DNA from: Octopus bimaculoides
Taxonomy: Eukaryota
Assembly (NCBI RefSeq): GCF_001194135.2
Contig: NC_068981.1
Coordinates: forward strand, 137,338,230-137,402,229
Direction of reading: 5' to 3'
Length of the DNA: 64,000 bases
Part shown: positions 1 through 12,624 of the stretch, piece by piece
How positions within the stretch are numbered: position 1 is the first letter of the stretch
How the letters are laid out: each line of letters opens with the position of its first letter
Position numbers and translations under genes: made by a program
Notes under the pieces: model-generated
The model's input: only the letters and a program-made list of their open reading frames with translations
Told to the model about the DNA's origin: nothing
Databases searched by the model: none

Positions 1-314
1 GAAATTAACGTGCAAGTGGCTAAGCCCTCCACAGACACGTGTACCCTTAACGTAGCTCTCGGGGATATTCAGCATGACACAGTGTGACAAGTCTGACCCT
101 TTGAATTACAGGCACAACAGAAACAGGAAGTAAGAGTGAGAGAAAGTTGTGGTGAAAGAATACAGCAGGGTTCGCCACCAGCCCCTGCCGGAGCCTCGTG
201 GAGCATTAGGTGTTTTCGCTCAATAAACACTCACAACGCCCGGTTTGGGAATCGAAACCCCGATCCTATGACCGCGAGTCCGCTGCCCTAACCACTGGGC
301 CATTGCGCCTCCAC
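1..314 (-). mobile_element. SINE family A (tRNA-derived), cut by window edge
   Basis: Reverse complement begins GTGGAGGCGCAATGGCCCAGTGGTTAGGGCAGCGGACTCGCGG with a B-box-like GTTTCGATTCCC; near-identical to copies at 17486 and 55553. Confidence 0.9.
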
Positions 315-339
315 ATATTTTCAAGTACTTTATACATAA

Positions 340-625
340 AGGCATAGGCATGGTTGTGCGGTAAGTAGTTTGTATCTTAAACACATGGTTTCGGGTTCAG
401 TCCCATTACGTGGCATCTTGGGCAAATATCTTCTACTATAGATCGAGCCGACCAAGACCTTGTGAGTGGAATTGGTAGACAAAACCTGAAAGAAGACAGC
501 CGTGTATATATGTGTGTGTTTGTGTGTGTCGCCCACCACTGGGGTCAATTCATTCGATTAAGAAATTCTTCAAGGCAGTGCCCCAGCATGGCCATGGTCT
601 AATGACTGAAATATGTAAATGGTAA
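340..625 (+). mobile_element. SINE family B, internally deleted
   Basis: GGTAAGTAGTTTG...GGGTTCAGTCCC head, TTGGGCAAATATCTTCTACTATAG core, and 3' CCAGCATGGCC...AATGACTGAAA. Confidence 0.75.
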
Positions 626-629
626 AGTC

Positions 630-945
630 AGAAGGCACGTGGCTTAGTGGTTAGGGGTACTCGGCTCACGGTCGAAAGGATGTGAGTTTGATTTCTGGTA
701 GCGCGTTGAGTCCTTGAGCAAGACACGTTATTTTACATTGCTTCAATCTACTCAACTGGCAAAAAATGAGTCGTACATGTAATTCAAAGGGTCAGCATTG
801 TCACATTACGTGTTACGCTGAATCTCCCTGAGAACTACATCAAGGGTACGCACGTTTCTGGGGTACCCAGCCACTTGTACGTTAATTTTACGAGCAGGCT
901 GTCTCGTTGATGAGATCGACTGGAACACTCGTCGTCGTAACCGGT
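630..945 (+). mobile_element. Chimeric SINE: family D head plus family A 3' half
   Basis: Head GGCACGTGGCTTAGTGGTTAGG and CCTTGAGCAAGACAC resembles 53755 and 12625; from 778 onward it aligns with family A 17690-17865. Confidence 0.75.
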
Positions 946-959
946 GGAGTGCATAGCTG

Positions 960-1114
960 CGATGCATTAGTAAGAAGCTTGCTTCCTAACCAAGTGGTCT
1001 TTGGTTCAGTCCTACTGCGTGGTATTTTGGGCAAATTTCTACTATAATTCCGGGTCGAACGAAGCCTTATGAGTGAATTTGGTAGACAGTAGACGGGAAC
1101 TGAAAAAAGGCCCA

Positions 1115-1169
<55 letters not shown>

Positions 1170-1720
1170 NNNNNNNNNNNNNNNNNNNNNNNNNNNNNNN
1201 NNNNNNNNNNNNNNNNNNNNNNNNNNNNNNNNNNNNNNNNNNNNNNNNNNNNNNNNNNNNNNNNNNNNNNNNNNNNNNNNNNNNNNNNNNNNNNNNNNNN
1301 NNNNNNNNNNNNNNNNNNNNNNNNNNNNNNNNNNNNNNNNNNNNNNNNNNNNNNNNNNNNNNNNNNNNNNNNNNNNNNNNNNNNNNNNNNNNNNNNNNNN
1401 NNNNNNNNNNNNNNNNNNNNNNNNNNNNNNNNNNNNNNNNNNNNNNNNNNNNNNNNNNNACACACACACACACACACATACACACATGCACACACACATG
1501 TATACGGGAGTGGGTGCCTTTGTGTTTGTCGACCACCACCGCCGCTTCACAACGGATGTTGTTTAGTTTACACCCCCGTAATATTAGCGGTTCGGCAAAA
1601 AGCTTCTGGCAGAATAAACACAGGCTTAAAAATTAGTACTGGTGTCGATTTGTTCGACTAAAACCCTTCAAAGCAATGCCCCAACATGGCCGCAATCTAA
1701 TGACTGAAACAAGTAAAAAA
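960..1720 (+). mobile_element. SINE family B with internal (CA)n and N-gap
   Basis: Head at about 965, internal microsatellite and gap 1119-1500, 3' module ending GACTGAAACAAGTAAAA. Confidence 0.85.
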
Positions 1721-2310
1721 TAAGAAGATAAAAAAAAATACTTTTTATATTCTAGTCTATGAATATGAATATTTTAAGCTGCAGACAGTTATTAATTACT
1801 TGTTTATCGAATAAATGAAAATATAGTCATTAAGGTTTTATACTTAGAATGTTTGTAGTTCTCGCATTTTTTAAATATTTTATCACTTTCACAGCACAAC
1901 AAAAGCTGAGGCGGCGCTGGTCTGGCAGAATAATGAGGACGTTGGCGAAACATGGCATGCAGTATTTATTCCTGTTTTTTATGTCCTGGGTTCACCGAAG
2001 TCAACTTTACTTCCTAGATCATAACGTTTCATTTAAAGGCGGCGTACTGGTAGAATTGTTAAGTCGTCAGACAAAATGCTTGGCGGTATTTTCGGCAAAT
2101 TTACATTCTGAGGTTCAAATTCCGCCGAGTTCGACTTCGTTTTTCATCCTTTGGCGTCTATAAAATCAATACCAGTTGATTTAATCGATTACGCATTGCC
2201 AGACAGTTTCAGACATTGTTTCAAATTCTGGCGCAAGGACAGCAATTTTGGGGAGGGTATAAGTCAATTACACTGACCCCCATCCCCAGTACTCGACTGG
2301 CACCTATTCT

Positions 2311-2543
2311 TATTTCATTATTGTCCACAAGGGGCTAAACATAAAGGGGACAAACAAGGACAGACAAGGTATTAAGTCGATTACATCGACCCCAGTGCGT
2401 AACTGGTACTTAATTTATCGACCCCGAAAGGATGAAAGGCAAAGTCGACCTCGGCGGAATTTGAACTCAGAACGTAACGGCAGACGAAATACCGCTAAGC
2501 ATTTCGCCTGGCGTGCTAACGTTTCTGCCATCACGCCGCCTTT
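2311..2543 (-). mobile_element. SINE family C, young subfamily with LINE-like tail, 18-bp TSD
   Basis: Full head to tail. Flanks 2293-2310 (tcgactggcacctattct) and 2544-2561 (tctactggtacctattct) match at 16/18. Nested in an older family C copy. Confidence 0.85.
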
Positions 2544-2574
2544 TCTACTGGTACCTATTCTATCAACTTCATGG

Positions 2575-2670
2575 AAATCGTGAAAATCAAATTCCCTCGC
2601 ACTGTGATAGTCTTTGGGTGTGTCTCCAGGGTGTCATGCCACCCGAAATCTTTGAACAAGGCCTCAAAGT
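2575..2670 (+). mobile_element. Short maT transposase fragment
   Basis: Aligns with about 3672-3765 (TVMVFG..MPPEIFEQGLK region) of the neighbouring maT remnant. Confidence 0.7.
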
Positions 2671-3402
2671 CGACCCTCGACGGCATTTGAACTCAGAACG
2701 TAAAGACGGACGAAATACCGCTAAGCATTTTTGCAGCGTGCAAAAGTCTTGTATTCAAACCAAGATTATTCCTTAATCAATCAATAAAATAGCAATCAAG
2801 TACTGTAGATCAATATAATCAACTATAAACCTCTCTCACCACTAAATTCGAGGCTTTGTATCTATATAAGAAATCAGTGAATCAGCAGGGTCGTTTAAAA
2901 GTCAGTATTTCTTCCGGTTTCTGAGTTCGAAACCTGCTGAGGTCAACATTACTTTTCCTTATTCCGTGTTCGATAGGATAAAGAACTAGTCATGTACTGC
3001 AGTCAACATAATCGACCAACACCCTTCCCCCAAATTTCGGGCTTTGTGTCTTCATTTGTTTCTTTATCTTTTAGTTCAGCCATTGTGACCATGCTGGGGC
3101 ACTGTCTTGAAATGATTTAGCCTAACAAATCGATCCCTGCACGTATTGCTGAATCACGAAGTTACGGGGGTGTAAACAAACCCACATCGGTTGTCAAGCT
3201 ATGGGAGATGAACAAATACAGATACACGCATCTATCTATCTATCTATACATACATACATACATACATATATACAGACAGACAGATATACACAAATATACA
3301 TATACACACATATACACACATACACACATACATACACACATACATACATACACATACATACATACATACATACATACATACATACATACATACATACATA
3401 CA

Positions 3403-4283
3403 TAGAACGTTCAGGCTAAATTTGACGATATTCTGTATCTCTTATTTTTCAGGAACTGCTTGATGTATTGGTGAGCAGTCAACGGCGTTGGAGAGCATAA
3501 AGATTGAAGTTGAGAAAAAGTTAGCTGACATTGAAGATTGAAAGCCATCTGAATATTGAAAAAGGAGTTACCTGTATCATGATGATTCATGCTGGGTATT
3601 AAAATGCCGACATCATAACCGCTGCTCAGTGCTCTGCAAACACTGTAAAAGCCGTATGACGTGACATGGACATCGTGAAAATCAACTTTCTCCACACTGT
3701 GATGGTCTTTGGGTGTGTTTCAAGGGTACCATGCCGCCCGAAATCTTTGAACAGGGTCTCAAGCTCAATTCAGACGGCTACGTAAAGCTGCCGGAGACTG
3801 TGGCCAAACCCTGATTGGAGTTGGTTGTTGCTGGAATCCATATGTGTGGCATCAGGATTCGGCTCTTTGCCATACTTCTCAAAAGAGTCAGAAGTGGTTA
3901 TCGGAGAATTTCAACGATTAAACCAGCCCCAATTTCTGGCATCCTAATCCTACCGATTGTAACCCCATGGATTAGTATGTGTGGGGCACGGTTGAGAAAG
4001 ATACCAACCGCCCTGCCCACAGCACTAAAGCCGAGCTGGTAGCCAAGATCAAAGTGTTGTTCGAAGACCAACCCCCGGGGACACAGTGAGGAACGCATGC
4101 ACCAGATATTCTGGAGCCGCCTTGAGGCTGTGGTGGAAGCTAAGGGCAGCTACTTGCACTAAATTAATATCTCCATAGTCTAGTCGATATTTTTGATTTT
4201 TAAAAATAGTTTTATTTTGGATAGGATATTGTGTTTCCTTTTCCTTTTATGCAAACTGTCAAATTTAGCCCGAACACCAAGTA
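3403..4283 (+). mobile_element. Tc1/mariner maT (DD37D) transposon, internally deleted
   Basis: TIRs GTTCAGGCTAAATTTGAC (3409-3426) and GTCAAATTTAGCCCGAAC (4258-4275). Decayed frame YVWHQDSALCHTSQKSQKWLSENFND*TSPNFWHPNPTDCNPMD has exactly 37 residues between the last two Asp. Confidence 0.85.
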
Positions 4284-4329
4284 TGCACTCACACACACAC
4301 ACACACACACACATGTATGTATGTATATG

Positions 4330-4845
4330 CGCAAAAGTGGGTGTGTGGTAAGTAGCTTGCTTACCAATCACATGCTTCGAGCTCAGTCCCACTGCGCGGC
4401 ATCTTGGTCAAGTGTCTTCTACTATAGCCTCGGGCCGATTTAAAGCCTTGTGAGTGGATTTGGTGGACGGTAACTGAAAGATACCTGTCGTGTATATATA
4501 TATATATNNNNNNNNNNNNNNNNNNNNNNNNNNNNNNNNNNNNNNNNNNNNNNNNNNNNNNNNNNNNNNNNNNNNNNNNNNNNNNNNNNNNNNNNNNNNN
4601 NNNNNNNNNNNNNNNNNNNNNNNNCATGTTTGTGTGTGTATGTGTATGTGTTTGTGCGTCTGTGTTTTTCCCTCTTGCCAACCGATGTTGGCGTGTTTAC
4701 GTCTCCGTAACTTAGCGGTTCGGCAAAAAGACACCGATAGAATAAGTACTAGGCTTACAAAGAATAAGTCCTGGGGTCGATTTGTTTGACTAAAGGCGGT
4801 GCTCCAGCATGGCCGCAGTCAAATGACGGAAACAAATACAAGAAT
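4330..4845 (+). mobile_element. SINE family B, full length with internal (TA/TG)n gap
   Basis: Close to the family consensus from head to GACGGAAACAAATACAAGA tail. Confidence 0.9.
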
Positions 4846-4873
4846 TAAAAAAAATATATATATATATATATAT

Positions 4874-4916
<43 letters not shown>

Positions 4917-5269
4917 TGTGTATGTCTGTGTGTGTGATAACCTATTTTCCTCTAATCTGACCTGAGGTGGAAAAAGCTGTGTGCACTTCAAAGCGTTGTA
5001 GTTTTTATAAGAAACGATTGAGCAAAGGGAAACGCCTAAGGAATACGACACAGTTTGGTGTACTAAGACAACGTGAACAGTAATACAAATAGAAAATACA
5101 CGCACGTGCACACACACAGAGGCACACACGCATTTGTACTCGAAGATGTACAAATGATCGAAAAGAATCTATGAAGAAGGCTTTGTCTACGAAGTGGATG
5201 GCTTTTGGACATAGTTTCAAATGAGAATTTGATGAAAAAAAGCCTCTTGAGAAACGTAAATGGTATTCT

Positions 5270-5273
5270 ATCA

Positions 5274-5304
<31 letters not shown>

Positions 5305-5340
5305 TGTATGTATGTATGTATGTATGTATGTATGTATTTA
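5270..5340. repeat. (TATG)n microsatellite
   Basis: Direct inspection; similar arrays at 3250-3402, 5665-5780 and 52570-52690. Confidence 0.95.
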
Positions 5341-5889
5341 TGCGCCTATGTGTGCGTAGCAAGAAAGTAAAAAGAATTTGAATTAGACACAGAGAGAGAG
5401 AGAAATGGGGTGCTGAAAAGAGGGGGAAGAGGGATAAATTAAGGGGAAACTGAAGAAATGAAGTCATAAACTTATGTCTTTATCAAGCACTAACACATCT
5501 ACTCAACTACCACTTCATTTCAACCCTCAGTCTTTCAACATTTCTTTTCTTGAACCCCAACCCCCAACTCCTGCGAAAGACCGCAGAGCCGGGATTTTTA
5601 ACTATATTTTTATGCGTTATTTTGGGACAGTGTTGACGCTTGTGTTTGAAAAGTAACAAGCATGCATGTATGTATGCATGTATGTATGTATGTATGTATG
5701 TATGTATGTATGTATGTATGTATGTGTGTGTGTGTGAGTATATATATATGTATGTATGTATGTATGTACGTATGTATGTATGTAGTAAGAAGCTTGCTTC
5801 CCGACCACATGGTTCCGGGTTCAGTCGTCGTACTAGTTTTAGTTGTTTTACGCCTCCCACTACCACCACCGATCATTTCTGTTCTCGGA

Positions 5890-6050
5890 GATCCATAATC
5901 AAAAGTATTCTAGCTATGACTTCTCCGCTTCTTGTATATCTTGCACGACGTTATCAAATGCGATTGGTTTTCTTTTTGTCTAGAAGAAAGGGTGTGATTT
6001 GAGAAGAGATTTAGTCGTTATTTCTAGCAGATCAAATAACCACATAAAGG
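5890..6050 (+). repeat. Dispersed repeat family E (unclassified)
   Basis: Motif GATTTGAG(A/G)AGAGATTT.G.TG.TATTTCTAGCAG recurs at 10830-10910(-), 21290-21480, 34590-34790 and 54560-55170. Confidence 0.6.
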
Positions 6051-9000
6051 CCATTGCTATATTGTAGGCATGACTTTCTCTAATGTGTACTTTCAATGTT
6101 TTAGTTTTGTTGAATGAGACTAGGAAGCCATTTTATCATTACGAGATGTTTTTAAATGATTCTATTCATGCCGCGAAGCATTACGGTTTTCACACTTCCA
6201 TGATATATTACAAAATTATAAATAAAATAAAATAATGGCAAAGCAAACTGATCTGCGTTCATGAAATGGAGTTTTGATAAGAACTTTAAAAAGTCTATTT
6301 CGGGTGTTTATCTGTAATGATAAACCATAGCATTTGCAGAGAGATAGAAAAGAGAGATATGTTTCTCAAAACACTACGTAGATTGATATATATCGTTGCT
6401 GATTTTTGATTCTATAGACCCAAAGTAGAGAAGGAAAGTGCAGTTTTGATTCGAATTTCATCATCGTGAAATATTAGAGCTATGAATGGGTAACTGATGT
6501 GATGCAGTAGTTAAGTTCTCTTCATGCTGATTGTTATCCGGAATGTTTCTGATGATTCTTTGAACATGTCGACTATTTTCATTTTTCTTGTAGTTCTCCT
6601 TTTATTGTTAGAGAGGGTTTTAAAGACGTGATTTTTGGTAGGGATGTTATAGAAGTTTTAGATTTAAATACTTAAATATTATCAAGTTGATCTAGTGATG
6701 TGCAAAATTGGGCTGGAATACTGACATGAGTGAAATGTATGCTCCAACATAAGGGAATAAAATCTGCTTAAACAATAAAGGATTTTAAATAGTTCAATGC
6801 TCGAAATTTCTATAAACCCTAAATATAAATAAGAAATATGTATAAAATCTTGAAATATGGACAATACTAACCGTTGTGACACTCGGAAATATTTACAGCA
6901 TTGAGAATATATAGCAAGTGAAATTCAAACCAGCTAATAAATCTTCCTAAGTCCAGAAGTTCTCCATTGCCTTTGTAGTAGCTTTCACCATACTTATATA
7001 TTTATAGCAGTTCTTAAACTAAAACAAGTTGAACATTATTACTAAAGCGAATTCATTTATACGCACACTATTTTAAGGCATTGTGAAAATGTTTATTTGA
7101 TTTATTTGAATGCGTTGGCTTGTGTTATCTGTGAGATAGAAAAAAGCTTTCAGCTTATATAAAATAATTCTTTTAAGTAGGGTATCTAATAATTTATAAA
7201 CATCATATTTCAATGAATTCTTTGTTGGAGAAACGTAGATAGTTTTCTGTTTGAAGTAAAGTTCAGTCTGGATCTCCCCACATTTCGTTTTTATTGTAAG
7301 GCACGCAAGATACTTACATAATTCGAATTTTACCAGATTATTAATAACTTTGATAAAAACCTTCTTGAAACTATCAATCACATTGAAACTATTAATCTCG
7401 TCACTTATTGTGACAACAGATTTCCTTTGATCAGTTTTAGTCATACGACTCTACTCGTTGAAACTATCGACCGCTGTGATAGTTATACGTCATCGTTCTT
7501 AATTTATGTTAATTTATGTCAGTTATCATCAATAAGCACTGTGAAAATTTAGCCTACATGAGAGTCTCAACGTAGTAACTCGATTTTTGTTAAAACCAAC
7601 ACATATCTTTCTCAACTCACGCACTGACATAGAAACGGAACACAGCTTAAAGATATTATGCCTGAAAATAAAATTAGATTGTCACAACTAAAATTCTTAT
7701 TCAATTATAGATCTATTCGATCGGATCTGACCAGGGGCTCAAAAACGCATAAAAATTAATCCCGTGCATACAGAGGAAACCAAATTCAACTGTTTTGCTT
7801 TAGAAGTCAATAATCTAGATATTTAAAGCGTATTTCTTAATATACAGCTAAAACGTCGCATCGAGTCATGAGGTACAGGCATAAAATGAAATTGATCTTA
7901 ATTACAATTTTCAGACGGCTTAATCAGAAGAGTAAAGATAGTACTCATGATCTTTCTTCAGGGACTCTGAGACTTATGAGGGAAAGGATAAGGAACCACG
8001 ATTCATGGAATACTGCACTAAGAAGCAGCGTATCAAGTTATCCTTAGATTAAAGACTTGATATAAATACTTTCAAGAGAGTGGATACCATTAAACGCACC
8101 CGAGGTCCACATGGTGGTGTTAAACTGGACGTCTTCGAACGATTCTATTAGCATATTACTTTTTTTTTCTACTCGAAGCTAGCCATAAAAATGTGGTAGG
8201 AATTTGTCCGCAACTATTTTTACAACACAAAAAGGCCATTTCAGAAGAGAGGAAACAACCCCAATATTTATGTCAATATTGGAAGACTGAAAAGCAAAAT
8301 TGAGTGTAGCAGGATTTGAAGTTAGAGTCCAGAAAGCCGGAACAAGTGCTGCTTGGTGTCCTATTCGACGTTTTAATGACGCAGCCCATTTACCAACTAC
8401 ATGGTATATTACTGGTATCTATTTCATCCACTCCAGTTGGGAGAGTGTCTAAGTTAACTACTGCGGGATTGAAATCCATTGATAGCACTTTAAACACCAA
8501 AACATCTTACTGGACACATCTCAGACATTCGGCATAAGTCTCTTCGTGTTTTATCATTTAAATCACATAATTAACAACTTCAGAAAATAATTTTCAGACG
8601 TATTTTACTTTTAATCTTTTATACCTTCTTATTTTGTTTTACTGTCTCAATGTTTATATTTAAAGTTAAATGGCGATAGAGAGAGGGCGGTATAGAGAGG
8701 ACGATAGAACGAGAAAGTGGGAGAGAGAAAGAAAAAATGATTGAAAGGTTTCAAACTAATTTACTTATTTGTAATATTGCCTGTCTAATGCTTCCCTCAT
8801 ATTTACATTCTCACGCAGAATGTTAAAAGAATATGACTGTAACTTGAGACAGTAAAGAGATTGATAAGGAGATAGTCTATATCTGTCATGTCTACGTGAT
8901 ATCTCTATGGCTTGTTCAAAATGTCAAGTCGTCTGCTTCTTGCATGTCAATTTTCAAAAGTCAATTGTTGATTCATTGATTTTGTAAATAGCAGCACGGA

Positions 9001-9079
9001 GAAAGTAAATTATTTCACTGAAATAATATAGCAACAACAGCAACAGTAACAACTAGTCACAATTGAGAATAAACTCTGT

Positions 9080-9120
<41 letters not shown>

Positions 9121-9165
9121 CGTACACAAGCATGTATAGATGCATACATATACACCCACAGTGAG

Positions 9166-9234
<69 letters not shown>

Positions 9235-9750
9235 NNNNNNNNNNNNNNNNNNNNNNNNNNNNNNNNNNNNNNNNNNNNNNNNNNNNNNNNNNNNNNNNNN
9301 NNNNNNNNNNNNNNNNNNNNNNNNNNNNNNNNNNNNNNNNNNNNNNNNNNNNNNNNNNNNNNNNNNNNNNNNNNNNNNNNNNNNNNNNNNNNNNNNNNNN
9401 NNNNNNNNNNNNNNNNNNNNNNNNNNNNNNNNNNNNNNNNNNNNNNNNNNNNNNNNNNNNNNNNNNNNNNNNNNNNNNNNNNNNNNNNNNNNNNNNNNNN
9501 NNNNNNNNNNNNNNNNNNNNNNNNNNNNNNNNNNNNNNNNNNNNNNNNNNNNNNNNNNNNNNNNNNNNNNNNNNNNNNNNNNNNNNNNNNNNNNNNNNNN
9601 NNNNNNNNNNNNNNNNNNNNNNNNNNNNNNNNNNNNNNNNNNNNNNNNNNNNNNNNNNNNNNNNNNNNNNNNNNNNNNNNNNNNNNNNNNNNNNNNNNNN
9701 NNNNNNNNNNNNNNNNNNNNNNNNNNNNNNNNNNNNNNNNNNNNNNNNNN

Positions 9751-10040
9751 AGTGTTTATTGAGCGAAAGCACCTAAAGCTCCATGAGGCTCTGGCAGGGG
9801 ATGGTGGCGAACCCTGCTGTACTCTTCCACCACAACTTTCTCTCACTCTTATTCCTGTTTCTGTTGTGCCTGTAATTTAAAGGGTCAGCCTTGTCATACT
9901 GTGTCACGCTGAATATCCCCGAGAACTACGTTAAGGGTACACGTGTCTGTGGAGTGCTCAGCCACTTGCACGTTAATTTCACGAGCAGGCTGTTCCGTTG
10001 ATCGGATCAACTGGAACCCTCGACGTCGTTACCGACTTGG
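9751..10040 (+). mobile_element. SINE family A (5' end in gap)
   Basis: Near-identical to 17570-17860. Confidence 0.9.
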
Positions 10041-10409
10041 TTAATTTGTCGCCTTGAGATACATCACTACTGGAAAATAGATCTGGTATTACAAGACAAC
10101 TAAGGAACTTTACATAAGGACCCAACCTGTTAAGAACGGTAGCCATTCACTCAAACATACCTCTCTGTCTCAAAGAAAAGGAAACATTTGATGTCTTCTT
10201 GGATTACAAAATCCTTCGATCAGGGCCAGCTGTTTTTAAGGGGAAGGGTAAGTCGAATACATCGACCTCGGTACTTGACTAGTACGATGAACGTCAAAGC
10301 GGAGAATGAAAGAAGAACGTAAAAAGCCGGAAGAAATGCCACTAAGCATTTTGTTCGGCGTGATAGCGATTATGTCAGCTTACCTCCTTTCCTGGATACA
10401 TTAATCCTT

Positions 10410-10610
10410 TCCACTATAGGCACAAGACCTGGAATTTTAGGGGAGGGGTTAGTTGGTTACATCGGTCCTAGTGCTGAACTGGTGCTTATTTGATCGATTC
10501 CGAAAGGATGAAAGATGAAGTCAACTTTGGTGTAATTTGAACACAGCATGTAAAGACGGACGAAATACTGTTAAGCATTTTATCCCGTATGATAACGATT
10601 CTGCATCCAT
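10410..10610 (-). mobile_element. SINE family C, older tail type
   Basis: Reverse complement contains TTCCATCCTTTCG-like body, CGAT..AATAAG.ACCAG, and tail CCCCTCCCCTAAAATTCCAGGTCTTGTGCC. Confidence 0.7.
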
Positions 10611-11529
10611 GCCTCCTTTCCTGGATACAATAATGGTTGGAAAAAAAAAGCCATGAGATTGTTATGGCTGGAAGATAGTAGTAGACAAAAATGTTTCTTT
10701 AATCTATCATTTGGTTTGTACCGTTGGTCAGAATTTTGGTCATAAGCCTGCTCTGTCAGGGATGACCACGAACTTAAAAGAAAAAATATCAACAAAACAG
10801 CTACAACAAAAGCAACAATAACACGGCCACGAAGAGGAGTCTACGTAGTCACTTGACTGACCTACGAGAAAGAGTAGCCAAATTTTCCTTAAATCACATC
10901 CTACCGGAATGCTTTTGATCGGACGTCTTTCCGAACTGAGCTCAACCAACAAAAACAATTAGAATAAGACAAAAAAAAAAAAAAGGGTGGGATAGATTTG
11001 CGGCGTCGTTAGAACGTCGAATATGCCGTTTTGTGTTTACACAGCCTTTTACGTTCTAGGTTCAGAAATTAGATTTGCTTTCATTGGGGTCGATAAAATA
11101 AGATACTAGTGAAATCCCGATGTTGAGACGGGGCCTTGATGAATGCCATGAGGCATGAAAGTATATATATTAGCCTTTATAGATTTAATTCTCTGTGTTT
11201 GATACTCAATATTTCATATATTCAATAAGACATTCAATACTTCATTTCATTTTACTATTTATATTATATATTCCATATTCTATATCCCACATTAATTTTA
11301 TAAGAATATAAATAAAACATAAAAAACAGACAGAGTTGGAACTCTTTTAAATAATATAAATATATATATATATATATACACGAATGTGTGTGTGTTGTAA
11401 ATGCTATATCATGCGCCCTCAAATCCTAATGGATTATATACAGCTTATTGTTATATACAGCTTGACCTGGGCATTTTAGGCCCGGTAGCGCCTATCCTTC
11501 TCCAGGTCCGACTACAGCGGATTTTTCTC

Positions 11530-11536
11530 AGAGAGA

Positions 11537-11593
<57 letters not shown>
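11530..11593. repeat. (GA)n microsatellite abutting gap
   Basis: Direct inspection. Confidence 0.95.
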
Positions 11594-12241
11594 NNNNNNN
11601 NNNNNNNNNNNNNNNNNNNNNNNNNNNNNNNNNNNNNNNNNNNNNNNNNNNNNNNNNNNNNNNNNNNNNNNNNNNNNNNNNNNNNNNNNNNNNNNNNNNN
11701 NNNNNNNNNNNNNNNNNNNNNNNNNNNNNNNNNNNNNNNNNNNNNNNNNNNNNNNNNNNNNNNNNNNNNNNNNNNNNNNNNNNNNNNNNNNNNNNNNNNN
11801 NNNNNNNNNNNNNNNNNNNNNNNNNNNNNNNNNNNNNNNNNNNNNNNNNNNNNNNNNNNNNNNNNNNNNNNNNNNNNNNNNNNNNNNNNNNNNNNNNNNN
11901 NNNNNNNNNNNNNNNNNNNNNNNNNNNNNNNNNNNNNNNNNNNNNNNNNNNNNNNNNNNNNNNNNNNNNNNNNNNNNNNNNNNNNNNNNNNNNNNNNNNN
12001 NNNNNNNNNNNNNNNNNNNNNNNNNNNNNNNNNNNNNNNNNNNNNNNNNNNNNNNNNNNNNNNNNNNNNNNNNNNNNNNNNNNNNNNNNNNNNNNNNNNN
12101 NNNNNNNNNNNNNNNNNNNNNNNNNNNNNNNNNNNNNNNNNNNNNNNNNNNNNNNNNNNNNNNNNNNNNNNNNNNNNNNNNNNNNNNNNNNNNNNNNNNN
12201 NNNNNNNNNNNNNNNNNNNNNNNNNNNNNNNNNNNNNNNNN

Positions 12242-12312
<71 letters not shown>

Positions 12313-12624
12313 TTGTGTGTGTATGTTTGTATACATGTGTACACATACACACACTCACACACATATATGTATATAGTATCTCAAACATCGCAAGGCATTT
12401 TGCCCGATGCCTACAGTATCTAGATAAATATGTGGATTTTAGAAGGCGTTGTCTTCCGTATAGAGCTATTCATTAAAGAGACATTTCTGACTTGTAACTA
12501 CTGTCTTTCAGTTGTTACAAATTATGTCGACTATTTGGAAACGATGTTTTGCAATATCTATTTTGGTACTGATGTAAATAGTTGAGAAAAACTAGTCGGT
12601 TATATTAGACCGATCTTCGAAGAT

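Noticed and set aside
888-1636. Long ORFs in the track spanning N-runs (also 9053-9880, 11401-12423, 44406-45367, 59708-60935, 63084-63960 and others)
   Set aside because: They consist of X residues and dinucleotide-repeat translation (THTH, YIYI, CVCV); these are artefacts of gaps and microsatellites.
4044-4059. GCCAAGATCAAAGTGT resembling U2 snRNA
   Set aside because: It lies in frame in the maT transposase (AKIKVL) and lacks the upstream GCCTTTTG; most likely coincidence.
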